Source: an uncultured Actinomycetota bacterium (lineage in GTDB: Bacteria > Actinomycetota > Actinomycetes > Actinomycetales > Dermatophilaceae). From it: a stretch of 64,000 bases of DNA. How positions within the stretch are numbered: position 1 is the first letter of the stretch; every line of letters starts with the position of its first letter. Shown here in pieces: positions 10,722 through 20,438 of this stretch. The notes beneath the pieces were generated by a model, which saw only the letters and a program-made list of their open reading frames with translations, had not been told where the DNA came from and searched no databases. The translations under genes were made by a program, and so were the position numbers. The stretch spans positions 1,191 to 65,190 of the forward strand of contig CAVRMT010000027.1 of the NCBI GenBank assembly GCA_963722015.1, written 5' to 3'.

Positions 10722-11405
10722 GTGCCTGAACGACCGGGAGCCAGGCTGGCCCAACGGCCCCTGCACTTCTTCATCCTCGCCGACTGTTCGGGTTCGATGG
10801 CCAGCGACGGCAAGATGCGTGCACTCAACGCAGCCATCCAGGAGGCTCTTCCACACCTGGTCGACGTCGCCGACGGCAACCCGCACGCCGAGCTGCTGGT
10901 GCGCTGCATCGCCTTCTCGACCGGCGCCCGGTGGCACGTCGAGCATCCCACGCCGGTGGACGAGATCCAGTGGGCCGACCTGGCCGCAGGTGGGTACACC
11001 GACCTGAGCGCGGGTCTTGACCTGTTGCGTTCGGTCCTGACGGTGCCACCGATGCAGTCCCGCGCCCTGCCTCCCGCAATCGTCCTCATCTCCGACGGCA
11101 TGCCCACGGACGACTACCTCGAGTCGTTGCAGCGGCTGGAGGCCGAGCCCTGGGGAGCCCGTTCGGTGCGCATCGCGGTGGGCATCGGCCGCGACGCCGA
11201 CCACGAGATGCTCGTGCGGTTCATGGGCGACGACGACGCGGAACCAGTGCGGGCCAACAACCCCGAGGACCTCGTGGCCGCGATCCGGTGGGCCTCGACG
11301 CACGTGTCGCGAGTCGCGTCGTCCCTGGCCCCGGCAGCGGCGGAGCCAGTCTTCAGCCGCGCACCCCACGCCGCCGACCTGGATGCCTCGGAGGTGGTGT
11401 GGTGA
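10722..11405 (+). CDS. vWA domain protein (TerY-like)
   Basis: RPLHFFILADCSGSM (MIDAS DxSxS), GGYTDL, IVLISDGMPTD, RIAVGIG; GAGGAG RBS. Confidence 0.9.
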   Translation: MPERPGARLAQRPLHFFILADCSGSMASDGKMRALNAAIQEALPHLVDVADGNPHAELLVRCIAFSTGARWHVEHPTPVDEIQWADLAAGGYTDLSAGLDLLRSVLTVPPMQSRALPPAIVLISDGMPTDDYLESLQRLEAEPWGARSVRIAVGIGRDADHEMLVRFMGDDDAEPVRANNPEDLVAAIRWASTHVSRVASSLAPAAAEPVFSRAPHAADLDASEVVW

Positions 11406-12556
11406 GCCGCGCGGACCCCGTGACGTGGCAGGCGCAGGGAGCGAGCCACCGCGGCTCCTCCCACGAACGCTCCGGCGCCCCCAACCAGGATGCGTACGCG
11501 GTGCGCCGACTCGACAAGGCCCTGGTGGCTGCCGTCGCAGACGGACACGGGGGTCGGCGGTACGTCCGCAGCGGCACCGGGGCCCGGATCGCGGTCGAGC
11601 TGGCGACCACGATCGGGGCCGAGCTCCTCGACGTCCGACACCCCGATCCTCCCCTCGCCGGACGCGACCTGACCACCCGACTCGTACCGGCATGGCGATC
11701 CGCCGTGCTCGCTCACCTCGCCGCCCATACGCTCGAGGACGAGGAGGTCGAGCGCTGCGGCGACCTGCCCACGGATCTCACGGTCCTGTACGGCGCCACC
11801 CTGATCGTCGCGCTCGCCGCCGGGCGGGAGATCGCCGTCACCCAGATCGGTGATGGCTCCGCCCTGACGGTCCGCCGCGGACGGGCCAGCAACCTGGTAC
11901 CCGGGGACGACCGCCTCGTGGCGAACGAGACCACCAGCCTGTGCCTTCCCAACGCACTCGAGGACTTCCGCCACGGCGCCACGACGGTGGACGGCGACGA
12001 GCTGCCCCTGGTTCTGCTGTCCACCGACGGCTACGGCAACTCCTTCGCGAGCGAGGAGTGGGAGTCCGAGGTGATGACCGACCTCGCCACGCAGGTCGGC
12101 CTGCACGGGTTCGACACCGTCTGCGGTTCGATACCGCAGTGGGTCGCGGAGTCGGCGCAGGTGGGCGGTGACGACGTCACCGTGGTGCTGCTCACCGCCG
12201 GGGCCTGGTCGGGTGGTGGTCCCGCGCCCGGGCCGGCCGGTCCGGGTGCTCGCCGCCGGTGGTGGGTCCCGGGCATCGCGGCAACCGGGTTGGCCCTCGC
12301 GGCCGTCCTGTTCGTGACACAGCCATGGACCGGCGGCGTCACGTCCCCGGCGTCTCCCATCACCCCTGTCGCCGACCCCCAGCAGGCACCGACGACCAGC
12401 GCGCGGGTCACTGCGCCCACCACCACTCGGACGAGTTCGCCCCCACCACGACGCCAGGGCCAGACCGTCCCCGTCCAGACCACACCGCCGGGGTCCTCGA
12501 CGACGTCGAACCGACCGGTCGTCGCCGAGGACGGAGCCCCCTCGGGGACGTCATGA
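11402..12556 (+). CDS. PP2C-like protein phosphatase (TerY-P type) with C-terminal TM and Pro/Thr tail
   Basis: GTGA overlap with the vWA stop; GASHRGSSH..PNQDA, AVADGHG, YGATL, QIGDG, NETTSL, LLSTDG, GDDVTV; TM WWVPGIAATGLALAAVLFV. Confidence 0.88.
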   Translation: MSRADPVTWQAQGASHRGSSHERSGAPNQDAYAVRRLDKALVAAVADGHGGRRYVRSGTGARIAVELATTIGAELLDVRHPDPPLAGRDLTTRLVPAWRSAVLAHLAAHTLEDEEVERCGDLPTDLTVLYGATLIVALAAGREIAVTQIGDGSALTVRRGRASNLVPGDDRLVANETTSLCLPNALEDFRHGATTVDGDELPLVLLSTDGYGNSFASEEWESEVMTDLATQVGLHGFDTVCGSIPQWVAESAQVGGDDVTVVLLTAGAWSGGGPAPGPAGPGARRRWWVPGIAATGLALAAVLFVTQPWTGGVTSPASPITPVADPQQAPTTSARVTAPTTTRTSSPPPRRQGQTVPVQTTPPGSSTTSNRPVVAEDGAPSGTS

Positions 12557-14425
12557 GCACCCTGGTCATCACCACCTCCGCCGGCACCACCCGGCACGAG
12601 CCGGGACGCGCAGTGACCTTCGGACGCGACCCCGCCAGCACCGTGCAGCTGCTGTCGCCCGTCGTGTCCCGCCACCACGGCGAAGCCGTGTGGCAGGAAG
12701 GCCGTTGGACCTACCACGACAGGTCGAGCTCGCTCGGGTCCTGGTGCGATGGCGTCCGGGTGCGGTCGCACGAGCTGACACAGCCGTCGCGACTCGTCCT
12801 GGGGCAGGGTGACAAGGCGGAAGTCGTGGAACTCCTGGTCGACCACCGCTCGGGACTGCGGCCGGGCGGGCGGCTGGCGGAGCCGCTGGAGGCAGGCGCG
12901 ACCCTGCTCACCGGGGACGAGCTGGCCCTCGAGTGCGCCGGCCGCACCTATCACCTCACGCCGGGTGTCGAGACGGTCATCGGCCGGGCGGAGGACGCCG
13001 ACATCATCTGCACCAACCCCACGGTGTCGCGCCACCACGCGCTGCTGCGCCACACCGGCTCGACGTGGGAGCTCGTCGACACCAGGAGCGCCCGGGGCAC
13101 CTTCGTGGACGGCCAGCGGGTCCCCGGGGTCCTCCTTCGCGGCACGACCGAGATCATGCTCGGCGATGCCCGCGCCGGCGAGCGGATCATCACCTCGACC
13201 TCCGGCGAGCGGCCTGTCCCGATGAAGCACCGCGCGCTCCGGGCGGTCCGTGCCCACCGTTCGGTGGCGGCAGCCCTGGCGGTCGGGCTGGTGGCCGCGC
13301 TGGCAGTGGGCGGATGGGGCGCGGCCCGGTCCGTGACGGGCGCTTCCGGTCCCGACCTGGACGTCCTCGCCCGGGCCTCGGTCCGGGTCATCACCGACCA
13401 GGGCTCGGGCTCAGGCACCGTGGTCGACGCCGAGCGCGGGCTGGTGCTGACCAACGCCCACGTCGCCGCACCCACCGCCGTCGGCCGAGGGGTGCGCACC
13501 CGACAGCTCGCCGACGAGCTGGGTCCGGCTCCGACCAGCATCACCATCGCGACCTCGGACGGCCTGGACCGGCCTGCCGAGGAGCGTTTCCGGGCGGAGG
13601 TCGCCGCGGTTGACGGCTACCTCGACCTCGCTGTGCTGCGCATCACCGGTGACCAGACAGGTGCCGCCGTCTCGGCCAAGGACACTGGCGTCCCTGGTGG
13701 AGCTCGAGGTGGGTCCGGTCGGGCGCGTACGGTCGGCCGACCCGGTCTGGGTCGTGGGCTACCCCGGCCTGGCCGACTCCGACGCGGCCACCTACACGCG
13801 GGGGGTGATCTCCGGCACGGTCCACGACAAGCGCCTCGAGGGCGCCGTGTCGCTGTTCAACTCCGACGCCCGCATCAACCCGGGCAACTCCGGCGGGCTG
13901 GCCGCCAACGCCCACGGTCAGCTCATCGCCGTACCCACCCTGAACAAGAAGGCCCGCGAGGACAGCCTCCTCGCCGGGCTCGTACCTGCCGAGCTGGCGG
14001 CTCCCCTCATCGCGGCGGCACGCGGCCGGACCCAGTACTCCAGCCCGTGGGTGGTCGCGGACGCGTCCGGCACGGTGGTCGACCTGAAGGTGTCCGCAGC
14101 AGGCAGCCCCGGAATCGCCGAAGGCTGCGTCGCCGGGAACCGTGCCAGCGGCAGGGTCATCGGCGTCCAGGTGACGTACTCCGGACTGTCGGACGCTGCA
14201 CACCAGGACCTGCTCGTCTCCGTCGCCCGGCAGACCCCCAGCGGTCTGGTCCCTGTCGGCGTCGCGACCACCACCGACCAGTGGCCGCGACGACTGCCGT
14301 CCAGCGGCTGCCTGACCGCCACGATGGACATCGGGGCGGTCCTGAGCCCCGGCACCTACGTCGTGCGGGTGGGCATCGGCGGCAACCATGACCCGCTGGG
14401 CACGTTGACCTACCGCCTGTCATGA
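12553..14425 (+). CDS. FHA-FHA-TM-trypsin-like (HtrA/S1C-type) serine protease; apparent +1 frameshift at ~13684
   Basis: FHA motifs TFGRD..VVSRHHG..SSLGSW and VIGR..TVSRHHA..SARGTFVDG; triad LTNAHV, YLDLAVL (first frame) and INPGNSGG (frame of ORF 13610). Confidence 0.8.
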
Positions 14426-15576
14426 CCGGTGACCAGCCCCGGATCCTCGTGCTCGGTCCGCTCGACCTTCGGCTCGGCAACGCCTCACTTCCCTTGGGGG
14501 CTCCGCGAGCGCGGGCTCTGCTGGCGCTGCTCGCCCTCGCGGGGGGCCGGGTCTGCCCCGTTCCGTCGATCATCGACCAGGTGTGGGGGGAGGACCCACC
14601 CGCCACCGTGGTGAATGCCGTCCAGGTCTACGTGGCGAGTCTCCGCAAGACCCTGGCGACCGCCGGGATCGACTCCTGCCTCATCACCCAGTCCCCTGGT
14701 TACCGGTTGATCCTGCCCGCCGGCACCGTGGACGTCGAGGCGTTCGACCGCGCGGGCCAGGAGGGGGCGCGGCTGGCAGCAGCCGCGGACCACGACGGCG
14801 CGGCAGCGGCATACCGGCTGGCCCTGGACCAGTGGCGTGGCCCGGCGCTGGCCGACCTCGACGGGGCGCCCTTCGTGGCCAACGAACGCACCCGGCTGGA
14901 GGAGCGCAGGCTCCTGGCGCAGCTCGGCTGGTTCCGCTCGCTGCTCGCGGTGGGGCACCACGAAGCATCGCTGCCCCACCTCGAGGAGACCCTGGGTGCC
15001 AATCCGCTCCATGAGACGCTCTGGGCGCTCCTGGCGACCGCGCTCTACCAGAGCGGCAGACAGTCCGAGGCCCTCGCGACGATGCGCCGGGCCCGCCGCC
15101 TCCTCGACCAGGAGCTGGGGGTCGAGCCCGGTCCGGAGCTCGTCGAGGTGGAGCGACAGATCCTCGCGCACGACCCACGGCTGGCCCCGCCGCGGCTGCG
15201 CAGGCAGCACCGGTCGGTGGTCACCCACGTCGCCACGTCCGGGGAGGGGGGCGCAGCGCTGGTGTTGCCCGACGGCAGCCGGGCCCTGCTTCGCCGAGGC
15301 ACCACGGTGCTGGGCCGCCACGCGGACTGCGACGTGGTCCTGGACCACCGTGACGTCAGCCGACGGCATGCCCGGATCAGCGCCGCCAGCCGCGCTCACG
15401 AGCTCGAGGACCTCGGCTCCACGAACGGCACCGCCGTCAACGGCGAGGCCCTCGATCCCGGCACGGGGGGCCGCGTCGTGCTGTCGCACGGGGACCGCGT
15501 CGAGCTCGGGCCGCTGATCCTGCGCTACGAGGCCGGGATCCTCGCCGCAGGCGTGGGCGTCAACACGCTGACCTGA
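14422..15576 (+). CDS. SARP-family (wHTH-BTAD) transcriptional regulator with C-terminal FHA domain, EmbR-like architecture
   Basis: VLGPL, VWGEDPP, VQVYVASLRK, WRGPALAD, ELGVEPGPEL; FHA VLGRH..DVSRRHA..LEDLGSTNGTAVNG. Confidence 0.92.
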   Translation: MTGDQPRILVLGPLDLRLGNASLPLGAPRARALLALLALAGGRVCPVPSIIDQVWGEDPPATVVNAVQVYVASLRKTLATAGIDSCLITQSPGYRLILPAGTVDVEAFDRAGQEGARLAAAADHDGAAAAYRLALDQWRGPALADLDGAPFVANERTRLEERRLLAQLGWFRSLLAVGHHEASLPHLEETLGANPLHETLWALLATALYQSGRQSEALATMRRARRLLDQELGVEPGPELVEVERQILAHDPRLAPPRLRRQHRSVVTHVATSGEGGAALVLPDGSRALLRRGTTVLGRHADCDVVLDHRDVSRRHARISAASRAHELEDLGSTNGTAVNGEALDPGTGGRVVLSHGDRVELGPLILRYEAGILAAGVGVNTLT

Positions 15577-18500
15577 ACGAGCTCGGCCTCCCCTGGCGCG
15601 ATGAGGAACCCACGCCCGGGTGCCATCGGGACCACGGTGGCAGGCAGTCGCACCTCCAGTGTGAGACCTGACTCCGGCGTGGGCGCCAGCAGCAGGGCGA
15701 CCCGCAGGCTGGTCAGGTAGCGCGACCACGGGTCGAACAGGCGCGCCCAGTCGGCCGTCCTGGCACCCACCACCGAACGCAGGCCGGTGTCGCGGGCGCT
15801 GCGCAGGAGCGCATCGAGGCGGTCACCGAACGACCCCGGCAGGGCCAGCCCCTCGGCATCGTCGATCACCAGGACCACCGGATGGTCGCTCCCCTCCACA
15901 GCCTCGAAGAGCGCTTCGAGCCCGTCTGCGGGCGACCCGACGACGAGCAGCCTCGGGTGGTCGGTCCAGCGCTCGAGCGTGGCCCGACGCCGGGCGAGCA
16001 CCGCCAACCGACGACCAGGGTCCTGCTCGAGCAGGCGCGCGGCCACCGTGTGAAGGGCGGTGCTCCGCCCCGTCAGGGACTCGCCGAGAACGAGCAGGTG
16101 CGGACCGTGGCGGGGACCGAGCCAGACCGCCGACCCGTCATCGCCACCGATGCCGAGCGGTATGCACCCTGCTGGCCAACCGGGCCGGCCCTCGTCGACG
16201 CAGGCATGGTGTTCGAGGGGCAGCCGCCGTATGGGGCTAGGGCCCCCGTCGCGACCGGAGGGGAACGTCGGCAGGCCCCGCGTGTGCGCCACCTGTACCT
16301 CGAGCCCACCGCGCACCATCCCTCGCCCGGGCAGGTCGGCCGGCATCTGGGCTGTCCCGATCCGCACGTCGACGGCGACGTAGTCGGCCGACTCGGGCTG
16401 CCGCAGCAACAGCCTGGACTGGAAGTGTGAGGCGAAGGTCAGGCGCAGGTCACTCACCTGGCCACAGGTCATGACGACGTGGACGCCCACGGCTCGGCCC
16501 TGCGCCACCAGGCTGAGCAGCTGGTCGTTCAGGCGGTCCTGCAAAAGGGTCTGGCTGACCTCACGCAGGGCGGGGTAGTCGTCGACGACGAGGAGCACAC
16601 GGGCGTCGCGGTGAGGATCGAAGCCGGTCTCGCGACGACGTTCGACGGTGGCGGTGAGCCGGTCGAAGACGCTCACCATCAGCTCACGGTCGTGCACCCC
16701 CGCGTAACCACCTGTGTGCGGGAGCTCCTGGACCCCGCTCAGGCCCCCCCGCGCGTCGATAACGTACAGGTGCAGGCGATCCGGCTCGTGCGCCCCGGTG
16801 AGGCAGGAGATGACCCTGCGGATCGCGGTGGTGCGACCGGACCGGAAGACCCCGCTCACCAACAGGTTGGTCAACGCGAGGTCGAGCACCCACGGCCGTT
16901 GGCGCTGCAGGTGCGGCTCGTCCACCAGTCCGAGCCTCACCAGCAGGCCAGCGCTGTCGACCTCGGCACCGGCGCGGTCACCCTCGCGGGCCTCCGCCTC
17001 GGCCGCACCGGGGTCCGTGGCGTCGAGCTCGGAGGGATCGAGGTCGGTCGGGAGCGGCGGAACCCACAACGCGAAGGGAGCGGGCGCACCCCTGCGGTGG
17101 TGCAGCTCCTGCGCCGCCGCCACCAAGGTGCCCAGCTCGGTCTCGGGAAGCGGGCCTTCCGCGCGCGCCGGTAGCTCGGCCCGAGAGGGCTGCGGCTCAC
17201 CGAATGCCTGCACCGAGACGGCCGCGTCACTGCGCGCCACGGGTCGGGTGATCCGCGCGGTCTGGAAGGACGACAGGCTGCGCTCGGCACCACGGCGCAG
17301 GAACGCGCGGCCCGGCTCCTCGGTCGGGATCGCAGCGGCATCCTTGGCCCCCAACAGCTCCAAGGACTCGCCATCGCTGACGACCCGCAGGCACAGCCAG
17401 ATGTTGGTGTTCGCTCGGATGGCTGGCGTGATGACGCCTCCGGGAGACTGCGTGGCCAGGAGCAGGTGGATGCCGAGGCTTCGCCCCTGGGCCGCGACCG
17501 CGTCCAGGCGTGCCCTGACTTCCGGCTGCTCGGTCACGAGCAGGGCGAACTCGTCGATGACGACCAACAGGGAGGGCAGCGGCTCGGCTCGCGGAAGGCG
17601 TTCATAGGCAGCGAGATCGGCCACTGCGTGCTCGGACAGGACACGCTTGCGACGACTGATCTCGGCGTCGAGGGCGGTGAAGGCACGCTCGGACAGGCGC
17701 GCCGAGCCGTCGAGGTCGGTCACGTAGCCGACGACGTGCGGCAGGTCCCGAAGGGGTGCGAAGGTCGCGCCACCCTTGAAGTCGATGAGGAACAGCACCA
17801 GCCGCTGCGGGGGGTGCCTGGCAACGAGCGACCCGAGGAAGGACAGGAGCAGCTCGCTCTTGCCCGAGCCCGTGGTGCCGGCGATCACGCCGTGCGGGCC
17901 GTCGCGGCGCAGGTCAACAGTGACCGGTTGCCCCTGGTCGTCGGCCCCGAACACGCTCTCTAGCCCGGCGGGCGCGTCCCACAGCGTCTCGAGAACGGGA
18001 CCTCGCGGGCCGTCCCCGGCCCCCGACAGGGCCAGCACGCCTCGGTCAGCCACGTGGCTGTCTCCCCGCAGGCGCGGGTCGCGCAACCGGCCCAGCTCGA
18101 CGGCCAGGGCGGTAGCGATGGCCGGGCTCATGCTGCACGCCTGGAATGCCCCGATCGCGCCGTCCGGCCAGGGGCCTTCCGCCGTCACGCGACCGTCCGC
18201 GTCCACACGGCAGACGAGCTCGCACTCTGGAGGCAGGCCGCGGGCTTCGTCGTCGAGGACCAGCACCAGTCCCCCAGCGGCACGCACCTCCCCCATCGCC
18301 GCCACCGCGGCGGGGTTCGATGCGGAACCCTGTCCCAGGACGAGCAGCACCCGAGCAGGCTGGTCCTGGGCACTCCGCTTGGCCAGCGCGGCTCCCACCG
18401 CCGCCTCGATCTCCGAAGCTGCTCCCGATGACGCCAGCAGGCGCGCCGCTGCAGAGCTCACGTGGGGTAGCCACCTGACCCAACGCCATTCCGGGCTCGC

Positions 18501-20189
18501 ACTCACCACCACCACCTGGAGGGCAGACGGCGCATGGAGCACGGCGGCTTCCACCACGGCGTGCCAGGCCAGGCGACTGACCAGCACGCGCGGGCCGGCC
18601 ACGCCCACGACCCCACCCGACGGTGTCGTCACGGGTACGTCGTCGACGGTGCGGTGACGCGTCACGCAGTCCGCAAGGCGGGCCGCATACGGCCCGTGCT
18701 TGTCGGGCGACGACTCGGTCACCACCGCCGCCACTGGGCGCCGACCGGTGCCCAGCCGCAGTCGCAGGAAGTCGGTGTCGCTCGGGCGGCGCTCCCACAG
18801 GCGCGGTCCGCGATCTCGCACCCAGGCCCGCATCGAGTCGCGGTCGGGACTCAGCAGACGCCACGTGTCAGCCTGCGATGCAGCGCATTCCGCAAGGTCC
18901 CCATCGAGCCGTGCCAGGTCCGTCTCGAACCTCCGGACTCCGTGGCGACGCCTTGACTGGTCACCGACGACCCCGAACGCCACGGTGGCCAGGCCGGCCA
19001 GCGCCGCCACCACTGCGAAGAGCATCGCGTGCGGGAACCGGATCGCGACCACGGCAGCCGCGACGACGGCGACCCCGCCTCCCGCGACCTGCCACAGCAC
19101 CCCACGGCCCTTGAGCTCGGTGCCCTCCGGCAGCATCGGGGCGCGCAGCTCCCGAGGCGCCGGCGGGGCGGTGGTCCGAGGGGGTGTGTTGACGGTCGGG
19201 TCCGGGGGGTCGGCCCACACCGCCGGCAAGGACAAGGCACTGTCTGCCTCCTCGGCCGCAGCCCCGTCCCGCGCCTCGCTCACCGCGTCGTTCGCCGGCC
19301 CGTCCACCGCCCCGTCCACGAAGGCCGCGATGGTCAGGACCTCGCCGCGTGGCAGGGGGAGGTCGACCCACCGGTCGGAGCCGGTGAGGAGGGCACCCGA
19401 GCCAGCCAGGTAGGCGCCCCAGGTGGTCTGGGCTCCCGCACGCAGTCCGAGGTACCGCGCCATCTCTGTGACCACGGCCCGGACCGTGGCGTCAGGAGGT
19501 GCCGCGACGGCGACCGCGAAGCCGCCTGCCGAGGTCTCGGACCTCACGACGAGATGGCGGGGCGCGAGCCCACCGCTTCCCAGCGTTCGGACGGTGAGCA
19601 CCGCAGGAGCCGAGCCGACCGTGATGCCGTCCCCGGGCAGGACGCGTTGCTCTCCTCGCAGGGGCTGGCCGTTGATCCACGTGCCGTTGGCGGAGTCCAG
19701 GTCGGTCAACAGCACCTCGCCGGCGATGACGCGCAACATCGCGTGGCGGCGGGACACGCTGGTGTGGTCCACGCAGAGGTCGCTGGAGCGGTCGCGTCCC
19801 ACCATCAGCTCCCCGACGAGGGGAACTGGACGCCCACCATCGGTCTCCCCGTTGACCACCACGAAACCGCCAGCCCGGTGGCGCCGGGCGACCCTCTGCT
19901 CGAGGACGAGCAGGACGGTGTCACCCATCCTCACCGACGAGCCAGGTTGGGCGAGAACCGTGGTGCTGGAGCGCTTTCCGTCGACCCGCGTACCCGAAGC
20001 CGAGCCGGCGTCGACCACCACGAGTCCATGATCACGGGGTTCGAGGATGGCATGTCGTCGCGAGACCGATGGGTCGGTGAGCAGCAGGTCCGCGCCGGAA
20101 CCACGCCCGACCTCGCACCGCGTGGCGACCACACGGGTCAGGCCCGCGTCGGGGCCCGAGACCACCCGGACCACGATCCGACCGCCCAT
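15525..20189 (-). CDS. EccC/EssC-like FtsK/SpoIIIE type VII secretion ATPase with two N-terminal FHA domains
   Basis: ATG 20189 with GGAGG RBS; FHA x2 (VGRG..SVSRRHA..GSASGT; VGRD..SVSRRHA..DSANGTWING), TM hairpin, LWERRPSD.DFL.LRLG, GPHGVIAGTTGSGKSE, IDFKGG, VIDEFA, GRSLGIHL; ATPase 2 SGVFRSGRTT and ATPase 3 GESLTGRST. Confidence 0.9.
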   Translation of the reverse strand: MGGRIVVRVVSGPDAGLTRVVATRCEVGRGSGADLLLTDPSVSRRHAILEPRDHGLVVVDAGSASGTRVDGKRSSTTVLAQPGSSVRMGDTVLLVLEQRVARRHRAGGFVVVNGETDGGRPVPLVGELMVGRDRSSDLCVDHTSVSRRHAMLRVIAGEVLLTDLDSANGTWINGQPLRGEQRVLPGDGITVGSAPAVLTVRTLGSGGLAPRHLVVRSETSAGGFAVAVAAPPDATVRAVVTEMARYLGLRAGAQTTWGAYLAGSGALLTGSDRWVDLPLPRGEVLTIAAFVDGAVDGPANDAVSEARDGAAAEEADSALSLPAVWADPPDPTVNTPPRTTAPPAPRELRAPMLPEGTELKGRGVLWQVAGGGVAVVAAAVVAIRFPHAMLFAVVAALAGLATVAFGVVGDQSRRRHGVRRFETDLARLDGDLAECAASQADTWRLLSPDRDSMRAWVRDRGPRLWERRPSDTDFLRLRLGTGRRPVAAVVTESSPDKHGPYAARLADCVTRHRTVDDVPVTTPSGGVVGVAGPRVLVSRLAWHAVVEAAVLHAPSALQVVVVSASPEWRWVRWLPHVSSAAARLLASSGAASEIEAAVGAALAKRSAQDQPARVLLVLGQGSASNPAAVAAMGEVRAAGGLVLVLDDEARGLPPECELVCRVDADGRVTAEGPWPDGAIGAFQACSMSPAIATALAVELGRLRDPRLRGDSHVADRGVLALSGAGDGPRGPVLETLWDAPAGLESVFGADDQGQPVTVDLRRDGPHGVIAGTTGSGKSELLLSFLGSLVARHPPQRLVLFLIDFKGGATFAPLRDLPHVVGYVTDLDGSARLSERAFTALDAEISRRKRVLSEHAVADLAAYERLPRAEPLPSLLVVIDEFALLVTEQPEVRARLDAVAAQGRSLGIHLLLATQSPGGVITPAIRANTNIWLCLRVVSDGESLELLGAKDAAAIPTEEPGRAFLRRGAERSLSSFQTARITRPVARSDAAVSVQAFGEPQPSRAELPARAEGPLPETELGTLVAAAQELHHRRGAPAPFALWVPPLPTDLDPSELDATDPGAAEAEAREGDRAGAEVDSAGLLVRLGLVDEPHLQRQRPWVLDLALTNLLVSGVFRSGRTTAIRRVISCLTGAHEPDRLHLYVIDARGGLSGVQELPHTGGYAGVHDRELMVSVFDRLTATVERRRETGFDPHRDARVLLVVDDYPALREVSQTLLQDRLNDQLLSLVAQGRAVGVHVVMTCGQVSDLRLTFASHFQSRLLLRQPESADYVAVDVRIGTAQMPADLPGRGMVRGGLEVQVAHTRGLPTFPSGRDGGPSPIRRLPLEHHACVDEGRPGWPAGCIPLGIGGDDGSAVWLGPRHGPHLLVLGESLTGRSTALHTVAARLLEQDPGRRLAVLARRRATLERWTDHPRLLVVGSPADGLEALFEAVEGSDHPVVLVIDDAEGLALPGSFGDRLDALLRSARDTGLRSVVGARTADWARLFDPWSRYLTSLRVALLLAPTPESGLTLEVRLPATVVPMAPGRGFLIAPGEAELVQVSVLTPTPAARIPAS

Positions 20190-20438
20190 CGCCACCGCCT
20201 CCCGTGCCTGCCACTGGGAGTGTGGCAAACCCGTGGCTGCAGCGACAGGGATATGGAGTTATCCCGTGGCCCCGGGCCGCGTCCCCGGTCTCACTCATTT
20301 GCCGGATTCGGTGCACCGCCGTCCTGTGCTGCACTCTCCTCACCCCACCCGCCCCCTGGCGGTACGGGCCAACAGGAGTGGTGCCGATGAGAGCCGGACC
20401 TGGCAGCGGGCCACACCCCGGGTGGTTGGCCACCTGAG

